Source: the human T2T-CHM13v2.0 reference genome, Homo sapiens. Taken from it: a stretch of DNA of 64,000 nucleotides. Position 1 is the stretch's first letter; each line of letters begins with the position of its first letter. Below the pieces are notes generated by a model. That model did not search any database and was not told the DNA's origin. It saw only the letters and a list, made by a program, of their open reading frames with translations. Of the stretch, positions 29,900 to 44,380 are shown piece after piece. The stretch lies in NCBI RefSeq assembly GCF_009914755.1, contig NC_060936.1; one strand, given 5' to 3'. The translations under genes and the position numbers were made by a program.

Positions 29900-31430
29900 T
29901 CGTGAATACTATTTCCATATTCTCAGAGTGGGAAATAAGAGGACAATAAACCCTGTTTTAAAATAAATGAATCAATTTATGAGCTAATTTAATAAAGTCG
30001 TAGTGGAAGACCCATAAAAATAAAAACAAATTATAAAAACAATTGATTATTTCTGAAAGAAAGCACAGATAACATAAAACAATATAAAGATACCATAAAC
30101 CATGCAAAGAAACATTAAAAAGAAAAGAACATTAAAAATAAAAACATAACATGAAAGTATAACATTAAATAACAGAAGCAAGACTTAAATATATCTGTCA
30201 ACTCAATATATGTAATTAAATTAAACATCATGTTACAACAGAATATAATTGTATTTAAACAAATAATGAAGTATGCATAAAGCAAGTGACTCAGGTTGAA
30301 AATAAATGAATAGGCAAAAAAAAGAGAAGGCAAAAATAAATAATTACTTTTAATGAAACACATAATATTATAAGACCAATTTTAATTCAAGTCTTAAAGC
30401 ATTAAGGATACAAAGAAGACCATTTTACAAAGAAAATGTTACATTGAACAATGAAAGTTAGTCTTTGTAAGAAATTAGTGTACCATAAATATCTTTATGG
30501 GAAAATAATAGTAGAAAAAGGATAAATAAGTGGAACATATGTTTGGTCAAAGTCAGGTTTAATAGACAAAAATAAGTAAATAATATTAAGAATCTACAAA
30601 AATGTAATTATTATGAGCATCTAACAGATATATATTAAGCATATATTCTTGAAAATGAAGAATGCCTTTCTCTTTTATGTCTCCATAGAATATTTGCAAA
30701 ATTATAAAAAACTTAGTTTTAAATCCTTATTTAAAAAAGTAGAAAAAGTATGGACTTATGTTCTGATCACATTGAATTAAACATCAATATTAACAATAAA
30801 CATATAAACAAAATCTCATGCCTCTTGAAAGGTAAACAACACATGACTCTGTCCTAAATGAGTCTAAGGTAACTGAGAAAAATAAAAATGAAATTTGTAA
30901 CATATTTTAAAACCAATAGTAATAAAACATTATATATCAGAACCTTTGGGTTTCAGTTAATTCATGCTTAGAGGAAAATTAATACCATCAAGATTTTAAA
31001 ACTCAATTAAAATTATTTAAGCATTTAATTTAAAAATATTTCACTCCAATGTCAGCTTAATGAGAGCAGGGATTTCTGTCTATTTGTTCAGTGCTGTATT
31101 TCTAGTTTCCAGAAGCATTTAACATATAGTAGGCATCAACATGTGGTACCGGATGAATGAATGAATGAAATTAAGAGATGAAAAACAAAATACAGTACAA
31201 CCAAGAAAAATAAATGTGCGAAATTTATGGGATAAGGATAGAAAACAATAAATAAGAAAAGAGAAAAATAATAACATTAAAATACATATCAAAGATCAAT
31301 TCTTAAAATCAAGGAAGCCAAAAACAGATTATTAGCTAATATCAAGAATAAAAGGAAAAAGCACAAATACACAGCATTAGATGTGTGACAGGGAAATAAT
31401 CATAGATACAAAATGATAAGATTAATGTTG
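29900..31430 (+). mobile_element. Highly decayed L1M ORF2 5' (endonuclease) region
   Basis: A-rich, with motifs atatctgtca..aattaaac, ttctgatcacattgaattaaac, tatcagaacctttggg..cttagaggaaaatt. Confidence 0.6.
31041..31170 (+). mobile_element. L2 3' end
   Basis: aatgtcagcttaatgagagcagggatttctgtc..catatagtaggc..(tgaa)n. Confidence 0.85.
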
Positions 31431-31589
31431 TATTAATCAGTATGGAATAGATTTTACTGAATAGTAAAAATATATTGTTGGATAAGTTTTGATATACTAT
31501 TTCAATGGAATTATTATTCAGCTATACCAATGAACAAACTGCTGATACATGCCATAAAACTCTTTTACATTATGAAGAAGAATATATAC

Positions 31590-33695
31590 AGCCCAAATTT
31601 TAAAATGTTGATATACTTGAACACAAAAGAAGATATCCACAATTGCCAATAAGCATATTAATAGATGTTTGGCATCATTACCTAATAGAGAAATAAAAAT
31701 TAAAAACACCGTTTGACGGCACTGTAATAATTGCTAAGATAAAAAGATAAATTTTAAAACTCCAAGAATTGGAAATGATATACAGCAAGAAGAATTACTG
31801 GGCATGTAAATAGTTACACTTCCAAATGCTACATGTCAATATCTGCTAAGGCTAGACAAATTCCCACTCTATGACCCAGTGGTTGAACTTCAAGGAAAGG
31901 AGTGCTATTGTGTACCAAATGATATATACAAGAATATTCATAGCAGCCTTACTCAAAATAGCCAAAAACCTGAAAACAACTCAAATGCCCATCTACAGTA
32001 AAATGAATAAATATAATAAAATACAATGGAAAACAGCAAACTGCTGATACACATATAAAAGGAAGATGAGCACATATCATGTAATTCCCTTTATATAAAG
32101 CTCAAGAACTGGAAAAGTAGGAATGATTACTGACTGCGGCATATGAATTGACTAGAAAAAAGCATGAGCAAGTTTCTGGGGCACCTCAAACTCTATATTT
32201 GTATCCAGGTGGTGTTACACAGATTTTCATATGTGTAAAAATATGTCAATCTATTAATTTAAGATTTTGAGGGGCAGGATTCATTATTTTAATATTTTAG
32301 CAGCTCTTGAGACATAACTCTTATACAATAAACTGCAAATATTTCAAAATTATAATGGAATGGATGAATCATATATCAGGTGTATGATCCATCCATTCCA
32401 CTGTAAGTACTTGCTCCAGATAAGTGAAAATGTGTATTCATATAAAGACTGGTACAGGAATATTCATACCAGCTTTATTTGTCATAGCCTAAAACTGGAA
32501 ACACCCAAATGTCCATCAACAGATAAATCATGAGCAAATTGTGGTACAGCCGCAGTGAAATACTACTTAGGAATAAAAAGAAATGAATCATAGGTATATG
32601 CAAAAATGTGAATGAATCTAAAAATAATTATGCTGGGTAAAAAAAGCAAGGCAAGAAAAAGTATGTATTATATGATTCTATTTTATAAAAGGCTAGAAAT
32701 TGCAAAGTAGTCTACACTGATAGAAAGATCAGTGGTTGCCCAGATATGTGCAGGAGGAAGAGTTTTTAGAAAGGATTGCCAAGGGGCATTAGAAAACTTC
32801 TCGAGATGATTAGCTTGTTCATTATCTTGGTTGTGGTGATAGTTTCAGACAGGCATATACGTATGTCAAAACTTATCAAATTATAATCTTGAAATATTTA
32901 TAGTTTATTGTATATCAGTTTGACATATGTATATGTCTGTCTGTATTATGTATCAGATGGGCATGTACATATGTCAAAACTTATCAAATTATAACCTTGA
33001 AATATTTATAGTTTATTGTATATCACTAGCAGTGCATGAGATTTTCAGTTCCTCCACAGCTTTGCCAACACTGGGTATCATCAGCCTTTTAAATTTTAAC
33101 CATTTTAATAGCATATAATGGTATTGTTCTGGTTTTAATTTTCATTTTTCTAATTACTAATGATGAGCATCTTTTCATGTGCTTATATACCATCCCTATA
33201 TCTTCTTTGGTGAAGCATCTGTTCACATCTTTTGCCCATTTAAAAAAATTGGGTTGTTTTCCTATTGCTGAATTTTGAGAGTTCTTATATATTCTGGATA
33301 AAGACCTGTATCAGATATACTTTGCAAATATTTTTCTCTCAGTTGTGGCTTGTCTTCCTATTCTTCTCACAATATTTTTCGAAGACGTTTTAAATTTTAA
33401 TTAAGTCTAGCTTATAAATTTGTTCTTTACTGCATTGTGCTATTGTCATATCTTAGAGATCTTTGCCTAACTCAAGGCTTTCTTCTAGAAATCTTACAGT
33501 TTTATGTTTTACATTTTTAAGTCTATGGTCAATTTTGAGTTAAATTTTGTATATGGTATGAGATATGGATCTTGGTTCATTTTTTTTTTTTGGATATAGA
33601 TTATCGCATTGTTCCAGTACTATATGTTAAAATACATAAACTTAAGAGTTTTTGACTTTTCTGCATGTATGTTGTACCTCAATAGAAAATTAAAT
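31590..33695 (+). mobile_element. L1ME 3' end (31590-32270, resuming 33630-33695), interrupted by an inner L1
   Basis: tatgacccag..caagaatattcatagcagc..; ttaaga-tttt flanks the insert on both sides; ends tgtacctcaatagaaa. Confidence 0.65.
32285..33630 (-). mobile_element. Old L1 (L1ME-like) 3' portion with internal inversion 32381-33025
   Basis: Antisense 3' tail at 32285-32356, sense-oriented 3'UTR block, then antisense ORF2 end from 33026. Confidence 0.75.
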
Positions 33696-34599
33696 ATAAA
33701 TAAATCAATGAATATAGTGAAATAAAAGTCCTATTTATAATTATAAGCAATAAACACTAGAAAGTACCCAGAAATAAACTACGGTATGTACATATGTGGA
33801 GGAATTTTCAAGTTGTGTTGAAAGATATAACAGAAGCTCAGAAAGATTTAAATATTGCAAAGTATTCAATTATCCTATAATCAAAATATAAATACAATAC
33901 AGTCTCTGTACAAAAACCACTATGTCATTCCTACATGGCAGTTCAATCCAACTCTGGTTCATTCCTGGCCCTTTAGGTTTTTCAGCTAAAAGCCTGCATA
34001 TTTTCCACCACCTCTCCCTAACTGGTCTCAAATGCTGATCTTTGTCTTGTGATATTTGCCCTGTTTTTCAGAGGTTTTCCATTTATGATTTTAGTTTCCT
34101 TTCCTTTTCAGGCCCAGAATCATGAAATTTCCTAAGAGGAGAATGGGTCGTGTACTTGAAGTCTCCTACGTCTCTGTCAAAGCTGTCTTGGTTTTTCAAA
34201 ACATGTAATATGTGGGTTTTCCCTGTGCTGCTCATGCCCAGAATCATCAAATGTCCCAGGGTGAGAGTGGCTGAGGAGACATGTCCCCTCTCTGAGCTTC
34301 TTCCCTCTCTGGAACCTTTGCCTTTCCAGTCCTCTTGTCTCAGTAGTGATTACTTATACTGGAATGATGGTTTTTGTATTTTATTTGGCTTTCCTATTTG
34401 TTCTCAGAGGCAGCTTTAGTCTGCCATTAGTGCCTCCAGTCAAGACAGGAGCAGAAGTTCTGGTATAACCTTTTAAAAACAAACAAACAAAACCTCACTT
34501 AATTGAAAGAGAAATTGATGATTTTTGCAAGACAAAAAAACCTAAATCCTTAAAATCTTAAATTCGTCATTAAATTTGAATGTAAAATTTAAATGTCAT

Positions 34600-35180
34600 G
34601 TTTATTAATATTGTTAAGTGTTTAGGAAAAATAGATCTCTTACACACTACTAACAGGAGTGAAATATAAATATGTATAGCCCTTTTGGAAGGCAATTTTG
34701 CGTTAGATACAGAATTCAACGAATTTACAAATCCTTTACTTATCAACTCAATTGTTTAGAATTTACCCTGGGGATATATTCGCATCTATTATTTATTGCA
34801 ATATTGTTGTAATAATAAAAATAACATCAAACAAAGGGAGGGAGGGAGAGAAGGAAGGAAGGAAGGACAGACCTAGTTGCCCATAATAAGAGAATAATTG
34901 TTTAAAAAACTTATTGTTACTTTTATATAATAGATGCAACTGTTGAAAATAACTTTTGATCTGAATATTCTAATGAAAAGAGCTTGAAATCCATTGTAAT
35001 ATAAGTAATTATTACTATTATTAGTTTTTTCAAATATACACACAAACTAGCAATAGTTGTTGTCTCTGGGAAATAGGACTTGAGATTTAGACTAGGAAGA
35101 ACATTTAATTTTTATTGTATACCTTTGTACTATTTAAGTGTTTGTTTACCATGTCATTATATTACCTCTTAAAAACTATT
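34600..35180 (+). mobile_element. L1ME 3' relic containing (GGGA/GGAA)n at 34835-34865
   Basis: ttttggaaggcaatttt..agaatttaccct..tgtctctgggaa..ttttattgtataccttt. Confidence 0.6.
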
Positions 35181-36549
35181 ACTAAAAGATAATTTGATCT
35201 CTAATACATCATTAAATTAGGTAAGTGGAAAAAATAAAGTAACACCAAAGAAAGAATATTGGGGTAATTTTAAAAGTTAAAACATTTAATAAGGTGGTTT
35301 CTATTCATCATTTGATTATTGAATTGTGTTCAAATATTTGCTATTCTCAACTTTGTGTGCCTTCATCAGTACCTACTCAGAAGAAAGAAAAAAGCAGCTT
35401 GTAAGTTGCTCAGGAAAGGAGTAGCTCTACAAGTGTACATACTAATATCCCTGGGAATATTTGAGGGGATGAAAAGAGTTTCAAAGCAGCTAGTGGGATA
35501 TTAGGGCTCTCTATGAGAACTAGGAATGACAAATAAAATGCAAAAATCATGTCCAAGGGCAGGAGAAAGCTACAGAGGTGACTCATCTACTTCAGTCCAT
35601 AACCCTATTACACAAACTTTCAATATTTTTTTGCTCATAAAATGTAGAAAGATTAGGCTAGAAACATCACTATCATTTTCCAGATTGTTTTGACTAAGTT
35701 TTATTTTCTCAGCATGCCAAAATTTGAATTACATATACTTTGAAACAATAATTGTACATTAACATGTTTTGTTTTGCTTATAACTCTCTTTTCCCTTATG
35801 AATCTTAGTTCCATTACTTGGATCTTTGGGCAGCATAAGCATAACAACATTAAAAGCTGATGGACAAAGTGCAAGCTTTGTACTCATGTGCTGCCAACTT
35901 AAAGTCAAAAGAGTGCAATAAGATGTCAGACCAAAGAAAAGCATAGAAATGGAACACAAAGGAATTAAGGTGGAGGAAGGAGTCCATTGATGAGACTGAA
36001 AGTAGAGAAGTCCTGAGATTTTATTAGGAGCAGATACTAATAACCCTCCATGAATAATGAGGGGAGATAGGAGATTACTTGAAAGTTACCCTTAATATCA
36101 AATCTATATAAAGCACACTAGGGAGAAAATAGTTAAAAAAATCTAGATTTATATTAAATGTCTTTGCTGTGATTACGTAATATCTTGTGTTAATAGTTTT
36201 ACCTTTCTTCACATTTAAATGTGAATGAAAAAATAAAAATAATAATAGTAATAAGTAGGTATATTCCAGTGGATTTTAAGCTCTTTTATATTAAATCCTA
36301 TGATCATGAACCCATAAAACTGTTGGATCTTTATAAGCAAAATATCATCAATGGTAAAACTTTGAATAAATCACTTGTCTCTCATCCACAGTTGCCTTAT
36401 CTAAAATCAAGTGTTTGCCCTGAAGATTTTCTAAGGTTCCATCCAATCTGAGTACTTCGTGAGTCTATGTCTATCTCACAGCACCTGCTTTGCAGAGAGC
36501 TATGCACAATACTAAATATGTTGCATTGGTTTGCTAGATAAACATAACA

Positions 36550-36990
36550 AACCATTTCTTTTAAATTTTTGTTCTGAAAATTTGTACATACATAAAATTA
36601 GGAAAAATGGTATAATGAACTCTATTATCCATCAACCAGTTTCAAAATTATCAATATATCGACAATCTTGTGTTGCCTATACCTCTCAATATCTACCTGT
36701 TTATAGCTATTTGTGTTTATTTTTAGGTTTATTGAGGAATAATTTGCATAACATCAAATTAACTCATTTCATTTATTATTTTAGTGAATTTATAAAGTTG
36801 TGCAACCATTACAACAATCCAGTTTAAAAACATCTGTTACCCCAAAAGTTCCTTTGTACATAAGCACAATCAAACCTCAGACCTAGAAAAACATGGATCT
36901 GCTTTCTATCTGTATAGATTTGCCTTTTCTGGATAATGTATTCAAAGGGAATAATAAAATATATAGTCTTTTCTATATCCCAGTTAATTT
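36550..36990 (-). mobile_element. L1MC and L1MB 3' fragments
   Basis: tataatgaac..; tttattgaggaataattt..agttgtgcaaccattac..tagatttgccttttctgga. Confidence 0.7.
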
Positions 36991-39384
36991 TAGCCTAATA
37001 CCTTTCACCTAACTCTTTTATAGCACATCTTTAAAAATGGTATAGTACACCATGACCTTGGCCCTAACCAAGATATAAGGCAGGGCAATTAGGCGAAATA
37101 ACATGTTAAATCAGCACTTTCCTGTAAAATAGGGTTTTGATGCAAGAAAAAGGAAAATAACACAGTGGAGAAAATGTAACTGGTAACAGAGCAGAGCAAA
37201 GCTCAGAGTTCATATTCCCAGGATGATGGTAGACAATAAGGATAAGAAGAGAAATGTGACCAGATCTTCTTAGGTTTTTTCTCTCTATATAGGCTAGACC
37301 TGGGTCTGGGCTCATGTGCATCAGAAGACTAGTTCTGAATGAACCGAGTGAGACTTAAAGGCAAAGGATAAAATGGTAATTAAGCATGTGGCAAGAACCA
37401 AGCCAAAAATTTGAACTCTTGCTGTGGATGAGAGAGGGAACAGCTACCTGCTCATATGAGCAGTGCCTGTGCCATATGACAGCAATCTTGACTAGTTCAG
37501 AGCGTCATTTACTCAGGAGCATTAGAATTGTTAGTATTTCAGACCTCTCCTTTTTCATTGGCTTTAGGACAGAGGCCATTGTAAGATGAGCAACTGAGTC
37601 TGGGTGGAAATAGGATAGGAATAAGCACTAACTGATTAGTAGCTGAAAAATAGAATGAAGATGAGGGAGGGTACGGAGATCATCGAAGGCAATATTTAAA
37701 GATGTTTTTCTATGTGTTCTTACAGGTATTTAGAAATGAAGGTATTCACGAATGAAGAGATTCTACAGTGTGGCAGGAAGTGGACAACATACTAACATAG
37801 CATATATATGGATATTGAATATATATGGTGTATTTATATGGCTTAAAATATTTATAAATAATTTAAAAAACACATTATTTTAATATCCTTTAGTAGATAT
37901 AGTTAATTGAATATAGAGATGTTTCCACCTTCTTCCTTTATTTAGAATCACCAGAAAGGTTTAAAACTCCAAGTCACCTCTGAATTAGTGACAGTCACTG
38001 ATACCTAGTAAGATGGCTCAAAGTTGGGCCACCTTAACGTTTTCTTTCTAATAAATTTTACTGCCTACAGGATCTTGACAGGATGCCACAGAAAGTGAAG
38101 AAGCAAACATGTTGGGCTCTGGGGGTCTATCTGGACAACATTGAAAGGGAAATGTCACCAGTTTTACACAGTTCCCTTTTACTGTTGAAGACATGTGCTC
38201 CTTAGGGAATTCAAGAAACACTGCATTTATAGTGCAGTAGTGATACTGCCAGTGGCACTTTCTTGACTACCTCTTTAAATGAACAGAATTATGAGTATGA
38301 ATCATGACATACTGAAGGATGCCAAAATATCCAGTCACTTCATCGAAAAATATCGTCATATTTAGTACTCAATCCATATAGACTACTTTTCCTGATGATT
38401 AACTGAACTGGCCTGATAGATATAACCTAAAATAAGATGGGAGGAGGAAGGAAAGAGGGATTAATTTAAGGTTATTATAATTGCCATCTCAATGAATAAA
38501 TCCATTATGATATTTGCATTAGGTTTATCCAAAATCACTTTGCACCTTACCTTCCCCATAGCAACATTTGAATCTGTAAAGGATACTCATCAAATAACCA
38601 AAGGAATTAGCATATAATTATTGTAGATTCAGTAGTGAAAAGAGATTAATTAAATAGTTTTCAGAGTAAATACAGAAGCCACAGCTGCAATATTATTATT
38701 ATCATTTATTTTTTGATGCAATGTTATGGTATTACAAGAGAAACAACAGTTTTCTTTTCTATGAAAGCAGTTAAATAAGAAAACATTCTTGCTAAACTTT
38801 CCTACACAAACACAAAGGTGAGACTATTTTCAGTCTTTCTAAAAATGCTGATTAATTTATGCTCTGGAATTTTTTTTGAGTCTATTTATGGAACATATTA
38901 TTAGTTTTTACTTAAGCATTGAAGTATACCAACAATTGCCAAATGATCATTTCTGGAATGTTCAGGCTTGTTATGTTTAGCAGATGGTAGTTGGAATCAA
39001 TCATTGCCTAAATCATGAAATGCAAAATGATAATTTAGATAAACTTTCTACTAAGTACTTTTAAATAGACTAGTTCATCTGAGTCTCATAAGAACCTAAG
39101 AATTAGATAGGCTGAAAAATTGTATTTCTTTTTTGTGGGTGAACATAATTAGGCACAGGGAAGTTAAATCTTTATGCAGCAATTCTCAGCCAGATAGAAA
39201 CTGAAAATGCTATTTTCCCAGACTAACTCATTCTCTAATGTGCTCTCTTTTATGCTATGTTGTTTCCAAGATTTAAAATCTATGGTTGAGATTTTTTTAT
39301 TAGAAAAATGTTTAATTTTGTGTTTTTATATTTATTTAGATATCAATTTAAACTTTTATGTCCTGAAATTCATTATTTTATCAA

Positions 39385-39885
39385 AAAATTATTGAGTCCT
39401 GTAATTATGCGACATGAATTACGTCTCAGGAACTACACAAGGTAATAGGGGTGAAGGGATGCATAAAATATGATTTTCTCTTCACCAAAATCTAGGGTTG
39501 TAACCAGACATGTAGACGAAGGTTACAGTGGATGATTTGCAGATCGCAATTGCAAAGTGTGAAGTGCCTTGTAAATCATGTTAAGAATTTTAAGTTTTAT
39601 CCTTTAAGCAGCTTTGAGCCACTAGAAATCTAATTAAGGGGGAAAACAACAAATCAGGACTCAATTCAAAATACAAACTTCTAGCTTTGTAGAGAATGGA
39701 TTGAAAAAGGCAGCAACTGGTGCCAAGGAGACAAGAGGAGCCTACTAAGAAAATCAATTGCAGTAGAACAGTAGAACCGCACCTGAACTAAGGCAGTGGT
39801 GGTGGGTGGAGAGAAGGAGGACTATACTGGGAAATATTCCTGAGCTATAATTTTAGAGGTAGGCTTTGGTGATTTGTTTGATGTG
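39385..39885 (-). mobile_element. L2 relic
   Basis: gccttgtaaatcatgttaagaatttt..gagaatggattg..cctgaactaaggcagtgg. Confidence 0.7.
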
Positions 39886-42123
39886 TGTGTGTCGGGGGCA
39901 GTTTGCCTAGAAATGTTCTACCTTTTAACAAGCCTGTTGACATAATTTCTCTAGTCCTTTGCATGTTTTCTATGAAGTTTTAAAGGATAGGCTGAGAGCA
40001 GCTTATTTTGTTCAGTGCTTTTTTTGCTGTTTATCATCACATTTATATTGATGTTTGCCCACTTCCAAAGGACTCATCTGTGCCAATTGTATAAAAAGTG
40101 GTTTTTAACATTAAGAAAAGCAGAACTTGGTGTAAAAAGTGAAAAAAAATATTTTTCTATCTTTAAGTAGATCTTGGCACCTTTTAGAGATAGGTTTTGG
40201 TTATTTCTTTCTGTATGTCTCCTACTAATCTATTTCATAATTTATTACTACTGTGGCACAGTCACAAACCCTTCCCACTTTCTAGATGTTAATGTCTATG
40301 AAATTATTTATGCCAGCACAGAATAAACCTTATGTCTGTAGTAGCCACCCACTTTTACTATTGACAGTAATGCTTTCCACCATGATAATGCTAAAGGTAA
40401 ATTATCAAGTTGTCATGATCTTGAACCATTTAACCTAGCAGAATGATTTGTCCTCTACAAATGCAAAGCATGTATTACTCATCAAATGTTCTCCTGATGA
40501 AAGTATGGAATACCCATGGGTCTTAAAAATTCTAGAAACAGTAAATAATATGAGAAAGAATATAATTTTTTTGCCAGTTTCTTTCAAGCATCTAATAACC
40601 AAGTTCAATTGTGGTTTACTTATTGCCAGAGCTGAAAAAATTGTGAGGAGAAAAAGCCGTTATCTTATTTTCAAAAGTTGTTTACCTTTGTTTCCTAAGT
40701 ATTCATATAGATTAGCTTGTGTTCAATGGCAAAATTTAATTGACACTAATGGATTGCATAACTCTCTCCATGTAGGTTCAGTAAGAATATATTAGCATAC
40801 ATATGTGCCATCCATTATGGAACACTATCTACTATCTTTAGACATGCCTAATGATTAAAAAATCAGCCAATATTGAAATATAGCTTCCTGGTTCTATGGA
40901 TTTAATGAATACAAGGCACTCAATAGGAACTGAAGAATGGCAGATAAAAAGCTCATGACTCCTAAACAGAAATTAAACTTGCTTTTCACAGCTGTACAAG
41001 TAAGAAACAGATGTAGGCTGCAAGTACCAGAGCAAATTTTAATTTTCAACTTAAAATGGCAAAACAAAGGACCATGGAAGGACCCCCTTGAAATATATTT
41101 GAAGGACATGCATTAGGCAATTGAAAGAAATACATGCCAGATAATTTTGCCTAAGCAGACAGGGTTACGGATACTTTTGACTAAAATGTCATTGCCCTAC
41201 TCTAATTTGATTGTGCACATAGTAACAAAATCCTGATATTTCAAACATATTGTTGGTTGTATGTGTATATTTTATGCTTAAGTGCAGAAACATCTGGCTG
41301 TTCTGGTAACTTGGTGATTTGAGATAGGTACACATGGGAGAATTATGGTATTGTTCATCAGTTTCAAGTTTTCCCAAACATGTGGGACCCCCGTTTGTAG
41401 AATTTAGCAATGGCCACAGTCAGCTGCTGAAATATGATGTTAAGAATACTGTGATATAAAAAAGGTACATGGAAACAAAACATATTTTATATGGCATATA
41501 AATAATTTTTATCTAAAAATGACATATTTTAAAGTCATTGCCTTTAAATTTTAGGATTACAAATATCTTGGGATTCTAATATAAGGTATAGACCATCTTC
41601 TCTGGAAAATTCAAGAACAGATGACATTTTTTAATTGATTGCAGTTGGTTCATGTTTAAGAATCTTTGACATATTCAAGACTGTATTCTTTCTAGGGGCT
41701 TTTAATTTTGAAATCATCAGATATATAACCAATGTTTGATGTCACTGTGAGAAAGTGCCCGAATCAGTGTATTGTTTGGAAAGAAAGAGAGCTCATACAA
41801 GCAAATAGATACACACACATTACCAACATTGAAGATATGTGCCAAGAAAGAGAAGCCCACAAAAGAACATTTAGCAAAAAAGCAGAAACAACAAAGAAAA
41901 TGAAAAACAAAAAAGTTAACTAGAAGGTTGTATTTTGGAAAACTACAGAAAGGAAGCAGATGTGTTTTTTGAAAAGAGTGTGGTTGGTATGTAAAATAAA
42001 ACTGAGAGTTCATGTCAGATACCATTTGGAAATATGCTTTGATGAAGCAATTAAGAATCTTGGTGATCAAGAGGAGCAGATATATTACAATTTTGGACAT
42101 AGACAGCTAAATTATCTTCTTGA

Positions 42124-42438
<315 letters not shown>

Positions 42439-42439
42439 A

Positions 42440-44380
42440 ACAGTATATTCTTATCCCTTCTTCCTACTGATTATTATTTAAAAATAAGCAATTATTTTTG
42501 CCCTAAACAATTGTGTTTATAGGGATCAATCTATTTATTTACATATTTACCGTTTCCAGTATTCTGTTTTCTTTTATATACATCTGAAATTGTATCTGGT
42601 ATTATATTTCTTCAGCCAGAAGAACTTCTTTTAATATTGCCTGAAGTGCAAGTCTGCTGGTGACAAATTATTTTAGTTCTTCATTGTTTAAAGTGCCTTC
42701 ATTTCACCTGATTTTAGACATATATTTTTCCTGATATAAAATTTCAGGACTCCTTTTAGTGCCCCTGGTATTTTAATCGCTTAAAAAAAGTGTCTTCTGG
42801 CTTGCATTGTTTCTGATGAAGAGCAGTCAGCCTCACTGCTATTAGCCTACAGGCAATGTGGCTTTTTTTTTTTCCTGTCTCAGTGTAAGACTTTTTCTTT
42901 ATGGTTCAGCAATTTGATGATGATGTGCCTTGGTGTGTTTTCTTTGGTTTATTCTGTATGGAATTCCTTGGACTTCCAGTCTGATATTAATATTGCACCC
43001 CCAGATTTCTTTTGAAATTAGCATGCTATATCTTCTTCCGTATTTTTAGTTTTAGCCTATTTATGTATTTATATTTAAATGTGTTTCTTTTTCACAGCAC
43101 AGAATTAGGCATTTGGGGTTTTTGTTGTTGTCCATTTTTATTTTGTAATTTAAACTGAAAATTTCTGCCATTTATTTAGGGTATTTTGACAATTAATATT
43201 TAATGTCATTTTTATGTTTGGGTTTAAACCTACCATCTTTATGTTTCCTTAATTATTTGTTTCATTCATTCTTTGCTGCTTTTTCCCTTTCTTTGCCTCC
43301 TTTTGCATTGAATATTTTTTATTATATTTTACTGGTTTATTAGTTATGACTGTGTGGAGAGCCATGGACAAGCCCCACACAGTGTAATCAGAGTTTTCCT
43401 CAGTAAATTCAGAAGACTGTCCACTTTCTGGCCAGGCAGGACAGAAGCAAATAGCAGGGTGGTAGAGGTGGGGATGAAGCTAGCAATAGGAACAGGTCCC
43501 ACTGGAGGCAGATGGTCTGACTTGTTCATCATCAGCAGAATATGCTAGCTACTCTCACTGGGGACTTCAAGTGTTTGCAGTGTCCACGATTATGAACATG
43601 ATATTGCAGCTGAATGGAGAGGCCAGGTCAGAAATATTAGCATGGACCCAAATACAGTCAGCCTCTCCATGCTCTCCCAGGAGCACCTTAGGAGCAGCAC
43701 CTGACTTAAACTTCATGGGCCAGTCTTCTTTAATCTGAGAAGAAGATTCAATTTCACTTTTTCTTTTTAACATGGTTATGCAATTGTCCCAATAGCAATT
43801 ATTGAAACATCTACCTTTTCCCATCTTTGTTAGAGGTTTGGGTCCATTTATGTGCTCTCGATTATGTTCCATTAAATTCTTTTCCTAATTCTGTACCAAT
43901 ACTAAATTCACTTAAGTTTATAATGTTAATATAAATTTTGATATCCCTTAAGGCAAATCCTTCAAACTTGCTTTTTTCCATTAAGAATTTCATATGTATT
44001 TTTGGATGTCTTCCATTCCACTTCCCCTTTTCCCAATCAAAATACTGTATGATTCTGATTGGATTACATTGAATATTTTAGTGAATTTGTGTTGTTTTTC
44101 TATTTTTGAAATATTATCTTTCAATCCATGAGAATGACATGTTTATGTATTTATATCTTTAATAATGTCCTTTATTAAAGTTTTATGATTTTTGCTACAA
44201 AAATTCTGTAGCTCTTTTGATAGATTATTACTAAATACTAAATATTCTTGATACCATTGTAAATGGTAACATTTAAAAGTTCACTGATTACTTGATACAA
44301 TTATACATAAAAGTGATTGCTTATATATATTGATTTTGTATCCAACAACTTTCCATGTTCTCTAATTCTGATAATTTGTG
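42440..44380 (-). mobile_element. Fragmented old L1M (ORF1/ORF2 relics)
   Basis: caagtctgctggtgacaaatt, tcttctggcttgcattgtttctgatga, gattggattacattgaat, ttgattttgtatccaacaac. Confidence 0.6.

Noticed and set aside
38071-38205. Acceptor ctacag followed by a 44-codon frame
   Set aside because: No convincing donor and no recognisable protein similarity
40448-40795. 115-aa ORF
   Set aside because: TTG start, AT-rich chance composition, no homology or exon signals
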